NCBI GenBank assembly: GCA_039029735.1
Contig: JBCCFL010000002.1
Location: 196,521 to 260,520, forward strand
Direction of reading: 5' to 3'
Length of the DNA: 64,000 bases
DNA from: Actinomycetota bacterium
GTDB taxonomy: Bacteria > Actinomycetota > Acidimicrobiia > Acidimicrobiales > SZUA-35
In this document: piece after piece, positions 17,892 to 26,965 of the stretch
Numbering within the stretch: the stretch's first letter is position 1
Layout: each line of letters starts with the position of its first letter
Notes under the pieces: generated by a model
The model's input: only the letters and a program-made list of their open reading frames with translations
What the model was told of the DNA's origin: nothing
Databases searched by the model: none
Position numbers and translations under genes: made by a program

Positions 17892-19010
17892 GTGATACGC
17901 ACCGGACGACATCGACGGCGACGCCTGGCACGCGTGGGATCCGGGCTTCTCGGTGCCGCTGCCCTGGTGCTCCTCGCCGTTGGATCAAGTGCCGCTCAGC
18001 CGGCAGACGTGGTGCCGGAGGTGCCCGCCGAGCGCCTCACCGTTGTGATGACCGAGCTCGAACCGTTCGTCGTCAACGACGACGGTGACGCCGACGGGTT
18101 CTACGCCGAGATCTGGGACGAGGTCGCTGGCTCCCTGGGCGTTGAGTACGACGTGGTGTGGGTCGACTCCTTCGGCGAGCTGTTGACCACGATCGACGTC
18201 GGTGGTGCCGAGGTGGCCGTGGCGCCTCTTGCGCCGACCGCGACCCGAGAAGCGAGCTACGACTTCTCGGCCGCAGTGATCGGCTCCGGCCCGCAGCTCG
18301 GATACCACGAGCGCAGCGCCGAGAACACGTCGCTACTTCGCGCCCTGTTCTCCCGCGAGGTGGGCTCGATCCTGTTGGTGGCCATGATCGGGCTCGTGGT
18401 CTTCGCCCACGTGATCTGGCTCGTCGAACGGCGGGATCCGGCCAACGAGGACTTCGAGTCGGCCTACTGGCCGGGTGTGTGGGACGGCTTCTGGTGGGCC
18501 GTGGTGACCGTGACCACCGTCGGCTATGGGGACAAGTCGCCCAAGTCCAATCGGGGCCGCTTGGTCGCCCTGGTCGGAATGCTGCTCAGCTTGTTCCTGG
18601 TCGGCGCGTTCGTGTCGCAGATCACGAGCATCCTCGAACTGCGCCGCGAGGTGCCGCCGGCGACGAGCCTCGACGACCTCGGCGGACGAACGGTTGGCGT
18701 GGTGGAGGGCACCACCTTCGCCGCCTACGTCGAGGGCGAGGGCGTGATCACGCAGCCCTATCCATCACAGCAGGCCCTGTTCGAAGGGGTGGCCGCTGGC
18801 GAGGTGGACATCATGGTGGCCAACCCGTTTGCGATTGACGCACTGGGGTCGCGATATGGCGTGCTCCCGACCGGCTCGGTGCTCTATCAGGAGTTCGAGA
18901 CGTTCGGGCTGGCGCAGGGCTCACCGTGGCGGGAGCCGATCAACCAGGCGCTGGCCGACCTCCATGCTGACGGCGAGGTCGAGGAGATCATCGACCGCTG
19001 GCTTCGCTAG
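17892..19010 (+). CDS. GluR0-like ligand-gated K+ channel (type 3 solute-binding domain interrupted by an M1-P-M2 pore)
   Basis: It starts with a signal peptide. An SBP lobe comes next, then TM, the pore helix with TVTTVGYGD and a second TM, then the second SBP lobe. The start GTG 17892 is my choice and is uncertain. Confidence 0.75.
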   Translation: MIRTGRHRRRRLARVGSGLLGAAALVLLAVGSSAAQPADVVPEVPAERLTVVMTELEPFVVNDDGDADGFYAEIWDEVAGSLGVEYDVVWVDSFGELLTTIDVGGAEVAVAPLAPTATREASYDFSAAVIGSGPQLGYHERSAENTSLLRALFSREVGSILLVAMIGLVVFAHVIWLVERRDPANEDFESAYWPGVWDGFWWAVVTVTTVGYGDKSPKSNRGRLVALVGMLLSLFLVGAFVSQITSILELRREVPPATSLDDLGGRTVGVVEGTTFAAYVEGEGVITQPYPSQQALFEGVAAGEVDIMVANPFAIDALGSRYGVLPTGSVLYQEFETFGLAQGSPWREPINQALADLHADGEVEEIIDRWLR

Positions 19011-19597
19011 TCGGCGTCGGAGTTCGATGTCATGAACTGAGCCACCACGTCGGCGATGAGTTCGTCGGTGATCGCGGTCAACATGAGCAGGTGCTGGTGG
19101 AACAGCGGGCCAGTGAGTCGCGCCGCTGCCTCGGCGACGTCGACCGCAGAGTGGAGGTCGCCGCGCCGGTGACCGGCCTCGAGCACGTCGATCGTCGGTT
19201 GCGTCAGGCCTTCGACGAATCGACGTTGAGCCGCAACGAACGCGTCGTCGCGGCTGGCATGGTCCACCAGGGCCGAGAACACCGGTCGGACCTGTCTCGT
19301 CTCCAACCTGGTGCGCAGCCGGGTGAGTGTCGTGGTCAGATCAGCTCTCAGATCACCGCTGTCGAGGGTCGCCGAGTGGGGCGCCACCAGCGCCTCGATG
19401 GTGGCGAGGAGCAGGCTGGGTTGGTCGGGCCAGTGGCGGTAGATGGTGGTGCGGGCCACCCCCGTTTCGTCAGCGACCCGGGTGGCAGTCACCTCGCCTG
19501 CACCGCAGTTGAGCAGGAGCTCGATGGCAGCATCGAGGACCACCTGCCTGACCCGGGTGGTTCGTGGGTTCTGCTTGGGCTCTCCGGTGGACGGCAC
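19007..19597 (-). CDS. TetR family transcriptional regulator
   Basis: The HTH is TATRVADETGVARTTIYRHWPD. GTG 19597 is preferred because the 19675 start would bury the palindrome at 19621-19633. Confidence 0.8.
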   Translation of the reverse strand: MPSTGEPKQNPRTTRVRQVVLDAAIELLLNCGAGEVTATRVADETGVARTTIYRHWPDQPSLLLATIEALVAPHSATLDSGDLRADLTTTLTRLRTRLETRQVRPVFSALVDHASRDDAFVAAQRRFVEGLTQPTIDVLEAGHRRGDLHSAVDVAEAAARLTGPLFHQHLLMLTAITDELIADVVAQFMTSNSDAD

Positions 19598-19620
19598 GTG
19601 TCGACCCTTGACCTCTTCGA

Positions 19621-19633
19621 CTACAGTCTGTAG
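19621..19633. promoter_or_regulatory. 13-bp perfect palindrome CTACAGTCTGTAG, candidate TetR operator
   Basis: It was read directly in the relatively AT-rich divergent spacer between the TetR gene and the 19708 operon. Confidence 0.45.
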
Positions 19634-19707
19634 CTTAAGCAACGCTCTGTTGTTGAACGTGCTCTGACTTCGCAACGGTAGTCGAGCCCACCCGGAAGGA
19701 CGTTCCG

Positions 19708-20346
19708 ATGAACGCGCATCTGATCCGGTTGCTGCCCCACGTGGCGGTGGTGGTGATCGCCGGCGCCTGTGTTGGCGGGGCGACTCTCGACGGCGAGACA
19801 GCTACCCCTGATCGCAGCGACACGAGTGCGTTGGCGGGCGAGGCGATCATTGTGGGAACCGACGGCCTGGAGCAGCTGCCGGCTCGCGACGGGCCACCGG
19901 AAGAAACGACCAATGCCGTGCCGCACGTGCAGACCAGCGCCGTGCTGGTGCCTGAGGTGTACGCCGACCTGCGACGGCGGGCGTATTCGATCCCCGGCAT
20001 CGAGGAACGCGAGTCGCTCCTGTCGCTCCCCGGTGCTCGAAGCCTCTGGTTGGGTGGCGATCTCGACCTCGCTCGACCAGAGGTGCTCCAGGCCGGCCGA
20101 GAGTTCGGACACATCCACCCCGACGGCAGTCTCCACCTCTGGCTGCCCGTGGATCGGGCCTTCGAAGTCGCCGAGAACGGGTGGGGCGAGTTCCACCCCT
20201 GGGTCGGTCGCGACGACTTCTGGGATGGGCTCGTGATGGTCTACACCCCTAAGTCGGCTGCTCAGGCCGACGTGACCATTCGCCTCATCGTGGATGCGTA
20301 CAACTACATCACCGGGGCCGAGATCGATCCGGGCACGATCACATGA
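19708..20346 (+). CDS. exported hypothetical protein with a luciferase-domain-like (PF17648-type) C-terminus
   Basis: It has an N-terminal signal or anchor, GGAAGGA upstream, and the motif REFGHIHPDGSLHLWLP...GLVMVYTP. The family assignment is from recall. Confidence 0.45.
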   Translation: MNAHLIRLLPHVAVVVIAGACVGGATLDGETATPDRSDTSALAGEAIIVGTDGLEQLPARDGPPEETTNAVPHVQTSAVLVPEVYADLRRRAYSIPGIEERESLLSLPGARSLWLGGDLDLARPEVLQAGREFGHIHPDGSLHLWLPVDRAFEVAENGWGEFHPWVGRDDFWDGLVMVYTPKSAAQADVTIRLIVDAYNYITGAEIDPGTIT

Positions 20347-21020
20347 GCGCCGGCTCGTCACTCGCTGCCCCACCGGTGGCCGAACTGCTCGGCCGGCTCC
20401 ATGCGGCGGCCGAGGCGCAGTGGCCCGACGTTGCACCGCACATGGCTCTGCTCGGCGAAGGCGCCGAGGGAACCGATCTGTGGCCGCACCACATGAGGGA
20501 CTTCTACCTGCCGGTGAGCCCGGCCCAGGGAGTGTTCCTCTATCAGACGGTGCGGGCGACCGGCGCCCGACGTGTGATCGAGTTCGGGTCATCGTTCGGC
20601 GTGTCGACGATCTATCTGGCGGCCGGGGTGCACGACAACGGAGGCGGCATCGTGGTTGGCTCCGAACTGGTCGCCACCAAGGCGGAGCAGGCAATGGCCA
20701 ACCTCACCGCCGCTGGACTGGCCGACGTGGCGGAGATCCGCGCCGGCGATGCCCGGGCAACACTGGCCGATCCCGGTGGCGTGGTGGACATGGTGTTGCT
20801 CGACGGAGGTCCGAGCCTCTACGTCGACGTTCTCGCCGGGCTTGTTCCGTGGCTCCGCCCGGGGGCCGTCGTCATTGCCGACAACGTGGAGGAGCCGACC
20901 GGCGACGGTCCGTCGTATGCCGGCTGGATCCGCAACGAGGCCAACGGCTTCGTCTCGTCGTCGGTGGCGTTCAAGGATGGCACCGAGTACTCGGTGTGGG
21001 TCGGGAGGAGCGACACATGA
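20343..21020 (+). CDS. class I SAM-dependent O-methyltransferase (CCoAOMT-like)
   Basis: It has VIEFGSSFGVSTIYLA, DMVLLDG and an ATGA overlap with the upstream gene. Confidence 0.7.
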   Translation: MSAGSSLAAPPVAELLGRLHAAAEAQWPDVAPHMALLGEGAEGTDLWPHHMRDFYLPVSPAQGVFLYQTVRATGARRVIEFGSSFGVSTIYLAAGVHDNGGGIVVGSELVATKAEQAMANLTAAGLADVAEIRAGDARATLADPGGVVDMVLLDGGPSLYVDVLAGLVPWLRPGAVVIADNVEEPTGDGPSYAGWIRNEANGFVSSSVAFKDGTEYSVWVGRSDT

Positions 21021-22396
21021 GATGGGTGACGATCGGCCTCGGCGTGTTGGCTGCCGCCGCAGTGGCCGGAGCAGCGGCCGTCGTGGTCGAGAACAGTCGG
21101 CTGCGCACCGGAGCATCCGTGGCCGAGTCGCGTTGGTTGGCGGCGGTGGCCATCAGCGGAGACCATTCGCCCTCCCAGAGCCGGCTGCTTGCGGTGGAGG
21201 CCGTGACCCGCAGCCCGACCGCGGAGTCCAGGGCGGCGCTCGGTCGGTTGTTGTACAGCGATCCCCGCACCCAGCCCCCAGTCACCGAACTCGGTCACGA
21301 TGGGCCGGTGTGGGCAACCGACGTGGCGACGACGGCCCCGTTCGTCGCGACCGGTTCGGACGATGGCGAGGTGCGTGTGTGGTCCAGCGCCGGGGAGCTG
21401 GGGTGGGCCGGCTCCACATCCGGCGAGATCCGCTCAGTCGACATCGCCGCCGACGACAGTCGGGTGGCAACCGGTTCCTTCGATGGCGATGTGGTGGTGT
21501 GGGGCCGCGATGGCGCGCAGCTCGCCGTGGTCGACCACGGCGCCGCGGTGAACGACGTTGCCCTCGGCGCCGACGGCACCCTCGTTCCCTCGGGAGGCGA
21601 CGATGGTCGGCTTCTTGTGATCGATGCCAGTGCCGACGTCGCCCGTATCAGGGCCGAGCTCTCACACCCCGACGCGGTGTGGACGGTTGCCCTTTCGGCC
21701 GACAGTGCCAGGGCCGCCACCGGCGGGCCCGACGGCGTGGCCCGGGTCTGGGAGCTCGGGTCCGGAACCGAGACCGCCACCTACGACATCGGGGAACCGG
21801 TGACTGTGGTGGCCTACGCCCCGTCGGGCGATTGGCTCTTCATCGGCGGGCAGCGAGGAGCGGCCGTCCTCGTCGACATCGCTGACGGTGGCGAGAGCGC
21901 ACCGTTGGAGGGAACCTTTCGCGGTGGCGTCGTCGACATCGACTGGCATCCCGACGGCAGCGAGGTGGCCGTGGTCTCGCTGGCGGGGGTGAATCGCTAC
22001 GAACTCGGCACGGCCGATCTCGTGGCCGAGCATCGTCTTGCCGGTGGAACCCGGGGCGTGGCCTACGGCCCCGCTGGCGACTGGCTCGTGTCCGGCTCGG
22101 GCGACTTCCAGTTCAGCTTCGGCGCCATCACGTTCTGGGACACCGCCGAGAACGTGGTGCTCGGAACCCTCAACCTGGGTGGCCCGGTGGAGACCATCGC
22201 CGTGGATGCGAGCGGTACGGTGCTCGCCGGGTTCCGAAGCACGGAGGATCTCGTGGAGACCGGTGGCGCGTGGTTGGTGCCTGGGCCGGGGGCCTGGCTC
22301 GATCTGGCGTGTGACGGTACCGACGGCGTGATCAGCGAGGAGACGTGGACCACGGTGACCGGCGAGACCGCCCCCCACACAACCGGCTGCGGCTAG
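21017..22396 (+). CDS. membrane-anchored WD40 beta-propeller protein
   Basis: There is an ATGA overlap at 21017-21020 and an N-terminal TM (VTIGLGVLAAAAVAGAAAVVV). The repeats are GSDDGEVRVWS, GSFDGDVVVWG, GGDDGRLLVID and GGPDGVARVWEL. Confidence 0.8.
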   Translation: MRWVTIGLGVLAAAAVAGAAAVVVENSRLRTGASVAESRWLAAVAISGDHSPSQSRLLAVEAVTRSPTAESRAALGRLLYSDPRTQPPVTELGHDGPVWATDVATTAPFVATGSDDGEVRVWSSAGELGWAGSTSGEIRSVDIAADDSRVATGSFDGDVVVWGRDGAQLAVVDHGAAVNDVALGADGTLVPSGGDDGRLLVIDASADVARIRAELSHPDAVWTVALSADSARAATGGPDGVARVWELGSGTETATYDIGEPVTVVAYAPSGDWLFIGGQRGAAVLVDIADGGESAPLEGTFRGGVVDIDWHPDGSEVAVVSLAGVNRYELGTADLVAEHRLAGGTRGVAYGPAGDWLVSGSGDFQFSFGAITFWDTAENVVLGTLNLGGPVETIAVDASGTVLAGFRSTEDLVETGGAWLVPGPGAWLDLACDGTDGVISEETWTTVTGETAPHTTGCG

Positions 22397-24324
22397 ACCA
22401 GGCTGGCGTCGGCCACGATGTCGACCAGGGCCGGACCGTCGTGGCCCAGGGCCGAGGCGAGGGCGGCGTCGAGCTGATCGGCCCGCTCCACACGGAAGCC
22501 CCGAGCGCCGCAGTTCTCGGCGAAGGCCGCGAAGTCAGGGTTCACCAGCGAGGTCTGCCACACGTCGAGATCGGCTGAGCGCTGCTCCTTCGAGATCTTG
22601 CCGAGCTCCCCGTTGTTCACGAGTACGTGGGTGACGTTCATGCCGTACTTCACGGCGGTGGTCACCTCCATCGCGTACTGCCCGAAGCCGCCGTCGCCCG
22701 ACACACCAACGACCTGGCGGCCGGTGTTCGCCGCCCACGCTCCCATCGCGGCCGGGAAGCCGAACCCGATGGAGCCGAGGTAGCCGGACATGAGCACAGT
22801 GTGGCGATCCACCTCGAAGTAACGCCCGAAGCTGTACGTGTTGTTGCCGACGTCGACGGCCATGATCGCATCAGGATCGACGGCAGTGCCGAGGGCGGCG
22901 AACACACGGGCGGAGTTGAGGCCGTGGCCCCGATCATCACCAAGGCGGGACGCCTTCTCGGCTCGCCAGATGGCCCACCGTTCAGCCACCTCGGACCGGA
23001 GGTCGGGCCGCTCGCTGTCCTCCAGCACGGCGTCGTGCAGCACGGTGGCGGTGGTGCCGACATGGCCGAGCACGGGCACCGTCACCGGATGGAATCGACC
23101 GAGCGCCATCGGATCGTGGTCGACCTGGATGATCGGTTTGTAGGGAGCGACGCCGGTGTGGTTCGAGAACGACACGCCGAACGCAAGGATCAGATCGCTC
23201 TCGTTCATGAACCAGCTGGCGATCGGCGTTCCACTGCGACCCAGCACCCCGCAGCCCAGCCGATGATGGTCACTGATCTGGCCCTTGGCCTTGAACGTCG
23301 TGGCAACGGGCGCATTGAGGTGCTCGGCGAGCGCCGTGATGGCCGCCATGTCGTGGCGGGCGCCAGCTCCAACGAGGATGAGGGGATGTGCCGAGTCGCG
23401 AATGAGGCGCACCGCGTCGTCCACGGCATCGGGCGGCGGAAGGATCGTGCGGAGCCCGGTCCGCCCGGCTGGGCTCGCCGCTTCGGCGTCGCTCGGTTGC
23501 ACCTGCACCTCGTCGGGCACCACGAGGTGGGCGACGTCGGCCTCCACCAGCGCCGTCTTGCACGCAAGCGTCATCAGCTCGGCGTGGTTGGAGCCACTGA
23601 GCACGGTCTGGCTGTACCGGGCCACGTCGGCGAAGGCGGCGGAGAGATCGAGATCCTGGAATGCGCCACGACCCATGGTGGCTGAGGGCACCTGGCCAGA
23701 GATCGCAAGCACCGGGGCGCGATCGATCTTGGCGTCGTAGAGCCCAGTGAGGAGGTTGGTCGATCCTGGGCCGGCGATACCAAAACAGGCGGCGGGCCGG
23801 CCGGTGAGCTTGCCGTAGGCCGAGGCGGCGAAGGCAGCTGCGCCCTCGTGACGAACACCGATGTAGGACAAGTGGCCGGCCGCCTCGGCTTCGCGCATCG
23901 CATCACCGAGGCCGAGGTTGGAGTGGCCGACGATTCCGAACACGGTGTTGACGCCCCACGAGGTCATGGTTCCGATCATCACGTCGGACACGGTTCGGGG
24001 CCGCGGCTCCTCGTCCGGCAGCGAGGCGTAGATCCCGTCGTCGCGTACCTCCACGTGGTAGCAGGGTGGGGCGTCGGTGAATGGCGGTGGGGGAGTGCCG
24101 GTGGTGGGGTTGTAGTCGTAGCCGTGCCAGGGGCAGCGCAGGTGGCCACCTTCGATGGAGCCCTCACCAAGCGGGCCACCCTGGTGCGGACAGTGATTGT
24201 CGAGGCAGCCGTACTGGCCGTTGTGATGGGTGACCGCCAGCGTGTGATGGCCGATCGTGACGGTGGTGACGCGGCCCTCCGGCAACTCTCCGTGATTCAG
24301 GATCTTGTGGAAGGTGTTGCGCAT
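22393..24324 (-). CDS. Rieske [2Fe-2S] domain fused to a TPP-dependent enzyme (pyruvate oxidase/acetolactate synthase-like), paralog 1
   Basis: The Rieske motif is CPHQGGPLGEGSIEGGHLRCPWH, the TPP_N motif is GIAGPGSTNL, and the TPP motif is GDGGFGQYAME..NNGELG. It spans 643 codons from ATG 24324 with GGGGGAG upstream. Confidence 0.85.
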   Translation of the reverse strand: MRNTFHKILNHGELPEGRVTTVTIGHHTLAVTHHNGQYGCLDNHCPHQGGPLGEGSIEGGHLRCPWHGYDYNPTTGTPPPPFTDAPPCYHVEVRDDGIYASLPDEEPRPRTVSDVMIGTMTSWGVNTVFGIVGHSNLGLGDAMREAEAAGHLSYIGVRHEGAAAFAASAYGKLTGRPAACFGIAGPGSTNLLTGLYDAKIDRAPVLAISGQVPSATMGRGAFQDLDLSAAFADVARYSQTVLSGSNHAELMTLACKTALVEADVAHLVVPDEVQVQPSDAEAASPAGRTGLRTILPPPDAVDDAVRLIRDSAHPLILVGAGARHDMAAITALAEHLNAPVATTFKAKGQISDHHRLGCGVLGRSGTPIASWFMNESDLILAFGVSFSNHTGVAPYKPIIQVDHDPMALGRFHPVTVPVLGHVGTTATVLHDAVLEDSERPDLRSEVAERWAIWRAEKASRLGDDRGHGLNSARVFAALGTAVDPDAIMAVDVGNNTYSFGRYFEVDRHTVLMSGYLGSIGFGFPAAMGAWAANTGRQVVGVSGDGGFGQYAMEVTTAVKYGMNVTHVLVNNGELGKISKEQRSADLDVWQTSLVNPDFAAFAENCGARGFRVERADQLDAALASALGHDGPALVDIVADASLV

Positions 24325-24524
24325 CAGGTGGCTCCCCCGTGGGTGATGCCGAGGAGGTGGTGCCCCCGTCAACGTCGATCGGCCTACCGGCTCGGTCGCG
24401 CGGCTGCCGCTTCAGCGACCAGCTTGGAATGAGCCCTGCGCCCCGTCGTGGTAGAAGCACGACGTTTCGAGGTCGAAACACGACAGATTGCGCCGGCCCC
24501 GGCTGAGGGGCCCCGACCCCGGCT

Positions 24525-25166
24525 TCAGCGGGCCTTCACGTGGGGGGTCATGAAGGCGACGGGAACCGTCGACCCGGCCGCCCTGGTCAGCGCAGCGATG
24601 CGGCGACCGGGCTGCACTGCGTCGACCGGGTCGGTGCAGCGGTCGCCGAGAAGCGCCTTGGCGCCGTCGAGGTCACGGGTGGCGTAGGCCACGCCACCGA
24701 CGCGGGCGGGTGCTGGCTGGGCCGCAGGCTCAGGTGGGCCTGCCACCTCGAGCAGCGTGTTGCCGGCCCAGGCGAAGCGCATGTCCACCCCGGCGCCGCT
24801 GGAGGTCGTGTTGCGCCCTCCTCGGGATTCGAGGCCGTGGTCTTCGAGGGCGCTCATCATCGCCGGGGTGTCGGTCACGGTGATCACGAGGTGGTCGATG
24901 CGGAACACGCCGTTCGGGTGCTCGTCGGGGCCATCGGGCGGATCCATGGTGGTGGCTCTGGTGGGGATGCCGCCGATGTCGGTCACGGCCTCGTCGACTC
25001 CGCTCACGCCCCAGGCCACCACGCCGTCCCCGTGGCCGACGCCGTCGATGGGGCCGACCAAGCGGTGCTCGACGCCGTTGACCACGCAGCGGTCACCGTC
25101 CACGATGAACCCGGCATCGGCCCACACCTCGGGCGAATCGGCGATTTCGATCCAGCGGATCTCCAC
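24525..25166 (-). CDS. glyoxalase-like (VOC superfamily) domain protein
   Basis: VFRIDHLVITVTDTPAMMSALEDHGL is the diagnostic stretch. The start GTG 25166 is tentative. The rest of the 596-aa track ORF is antisense to other genes. Confidence 0.55.
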   Translation of the reverse strand: MEIRWIEIADSPEVWADAGFIVDGDRCVVNGVEHRLVGPIDGVGHGDGVVAWGVSGVDEAVTDIGGIPTRATTMDPPDGPDEHPNGVFRIDHLVITVTDTPAMMSALEDHGLESRGGRNTTSSGAGVDMRFAWAGNTLLEVAGPPEPAAQPAPARVGGVAYATRDLDGAKALLGDRCTDPVDAVQPGRRIAALTRAAGSTVPVAFMTPHVKAR

Positions 25167-25219
25167 GGTGGCAGCCTTTCGGGCAGAGAGCGGGAGGTTC
25201 CCGCCGGAGACGCCCGACG

Positions 25220-25645
25220 TTAGCGCTCGGCCTCGAAGTAGGCCTCGGTGAGCCAGTCGTTCACCTGCTCGTCGATCTGGCCAGGATCGTCGACGTTGAG
25301 CACGTGGTAGTACCGGCTGCCGGTGCCGCCAACGCGGGTGATCTTGCGCGAGAACCGATTCGAGGCCTGCGGCACCGGGTGCATGAAGCTCAGCGCAATC
25401 CACTTCTTCTTCGGCCGCAACTCGGCGAACGTTGGCCCGTTCTTGAACAGGATCCCGACCTGTACCGGCTCGACGATGAGGGGCCCGAGATCGTCGAGGT
25501 GGCTGCGCACCCGATCGAAGACCGGCCGCTCCCAGGGCTGGGACTGAGCGAAGAACTCCTCGATCGTGAGCCCCGGCGCGCACATGTGCCCCTGGTTCGC
25601 TCGTCCGAACGTTCGGCTGCACTGCGGGCACTGCCAATCCGACAT
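25220..25645 (-). CDS. DUF5655/DUF4287-like protein with an N-terminal CxxC..C zinc-ribbon-like motif
   Basis: The sequence reads MSDWQCPQCSRTFGRANQGHMC then VGILFKNGPTFAELRPKKKWIALSF. The start is ATG 25645. Confidence 0.5.
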   Translation of the reverse strand: MSDWQCPQCSRTFGRANQGHMCAPGLTIEEFFAQSQPWERPVFDRVRSHLDDLGPLIVEPVQVGILFKNGPTFAELRPKKKWIALSFMHPVPQASNRFSRKITRVGGTGSRYYHVLNVDDPGQIDEQVNDWLTEAYFEAER

Positions 25646-25667
25646 GAGGCCCGTAGTCTCTCCGGTA

Positions 25668-26306
25668 ATGGCATCCAACACCACCGAATGGCTTGACATC
25701 GTCGACCCCTCGACCGGCGCCGTGACCGGGCGGGCCTCCCGGGCCGACGTGCATCGTGATGGGCTCTGGCACCAGGTCTTCCACTGCATGGTGCTCCGGC
25801 CCTCGGTGGGAACCGTCGTGCTGCAACGCCGGTCGTCGACCAAGGCGGCGTTCCCCGACAAGCTCGACTTGTCGGCCACCGGCCATCTCGAGAGTGGTGA
25901 GACGCCCGTGGACGGTGTACGTGAGATGCGCGAGGAGTTGGGTATCGACATCGCCCCCGACGCACTGGTGCCGATCGGGCAGCGGCTCCTCGCCGATGAC
26001 AACGGTGAAGGTCGTAACCGGGAGCTGGTGCACCTCTACTTCGTGGCCGACGACCGACCGCTCGACGACTACGCGCCCGACCCTTCTGAGGTGAGCGCAC
26101 TCGTCGAGATCCGGGCCGTCGATCTGGTCGGCCTCCTCGGTGATGAGATCGAGACGGCGTCGGTCACCGAGTGGTCGCCAGCCGCCGGACCGACGCCGGC
26201 CGAGATGACCCGGACCGACCTCGTGGTCGACACTGGCCAGTACTGGCCCATCGTCGCCGTGATGTGCGAGCGGTTCCTGGTTGGCGCGCGACCGCTGGCC
26301 ATCTGA
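25668..26306 (+). CDS. NUDIX hydrolase
   Basis: The Nudix box is GHLESGETPVDGVREMREELGI. The start is ATG 25668. Confidence 0.8.
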   Translation: MASNTTEWLDIVDPSTGAVTGRASRADVHRDGLWHQVFHCMVLRPSVGTVVLQRRSSTKAAFPDKLDLSATGHLESGETPVDGVREMREELGIDIAPDALVPIGQRLLADDNGEGRNRELVHLYFVADDRPLDDYAPDPSEVSALVEIRAVDLVGLLGDEIETASVTEWSPAAGPTPAEMTRTDLVVDTGQYWPIVAVMCERFLVGARPLAI

Positions 26307-26351
26307 CGTTGGCACACACCGCCGGGCGGCGGCGCGACGAGATCGTGTGCC

Positions 26352-26963
26352 TCAGTTGGTGACGGAGATGCAGCGCCGACCGTGCTCGGACGTCTCCAGC
26401 TGATCGGCGAGGCAGGCGGCGACATCTGCTCGGCTGATCTTCGTGATGGGGCCCGTGTTGGTCGCCACGTATGTTCCCGAACCGGACGAGTCGTTGAGCA
26501 CAGCCGGACGAACGATCGTCCAGCCGAGCGGGCTCTGTGTCACCAGGGTCTCCTGGCGCACGTGATCTGCGAACACGTTGCGCAACATGGTTCGAAAGAG
26601 GAGTTTCGAGCTGAACGGGATCTGGGCCCAACTCTCGCCAACACCAGCGGCCGACATGACGACGAGTCGCGGCACGTCGTTCGCGATCATTGCGTCGACC
26701 ACGACCTGGGTGCCGACCGACAGCGTTGTCTTGTCGCGGAGGCCAGTGCTCCCCAGGCACACGATGGCACCGTCGTGGCCATCGACAGCGTTGCCGACGG
26801 CGCCGGTGTCGAACACGTCACCCCGGTGGATTGCGAGGCCGGGCCGCTGGTCCAGGTGTTCGACCGAGCGACCGAAGGCCGTCACCTCGTGGCCGCGGTC
26901 GAGCGCGGCTTGGCACACGTGGCGCCCTGTCTTGCCTGTGGCTCCGAAGACGACGACTCGCAT
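26352..26963 (-). CDS. NAD(P)H-binding (NmrA/BVR-B-like) oxidoreductase
   Basis: MRVVVFGATGKTGRHV is a Rossmann motif. The product is 203 aa. Confidence 0.75.
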   Translation of the reverse strand: MRVVVFGATGKTGRHVCQAALDRGHEVTAFGRSVEHLDQRPGLAIHRGDVFDTGAVGNAVDGHDGAIVCLGSTGLRDKTTLSVGTQVVVDAMIANDVPRLVVMSAAGVGESWAQIPFSSKLLFRTMLRNVFADHVRQETLVTQSPLGWTIVRPAVLNDSSGSGTYVATNTGPITKISRADVAACLADQLETSEHGRRCISVTN

Positions 26964-26965
26964 GG

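Noticed and set aside
20294-21016. The Arg-rich N-terminal extension of the WD40 ORF (700 aa in the track)
   Set aside because: It overlaps the O-methyltransferase gene in another frame. The ATGA-coupled ATG at 21017, followed by a TM helix, is a far better start.
25167-26315. The upstream 383 codons of the 596-aa minus-strand ORF
   Set aside because: They overlap the DUF5655-like and NUDIX genes in other frames or on the other strand. Only the C-terminal glyoxalase-like part is plausible.
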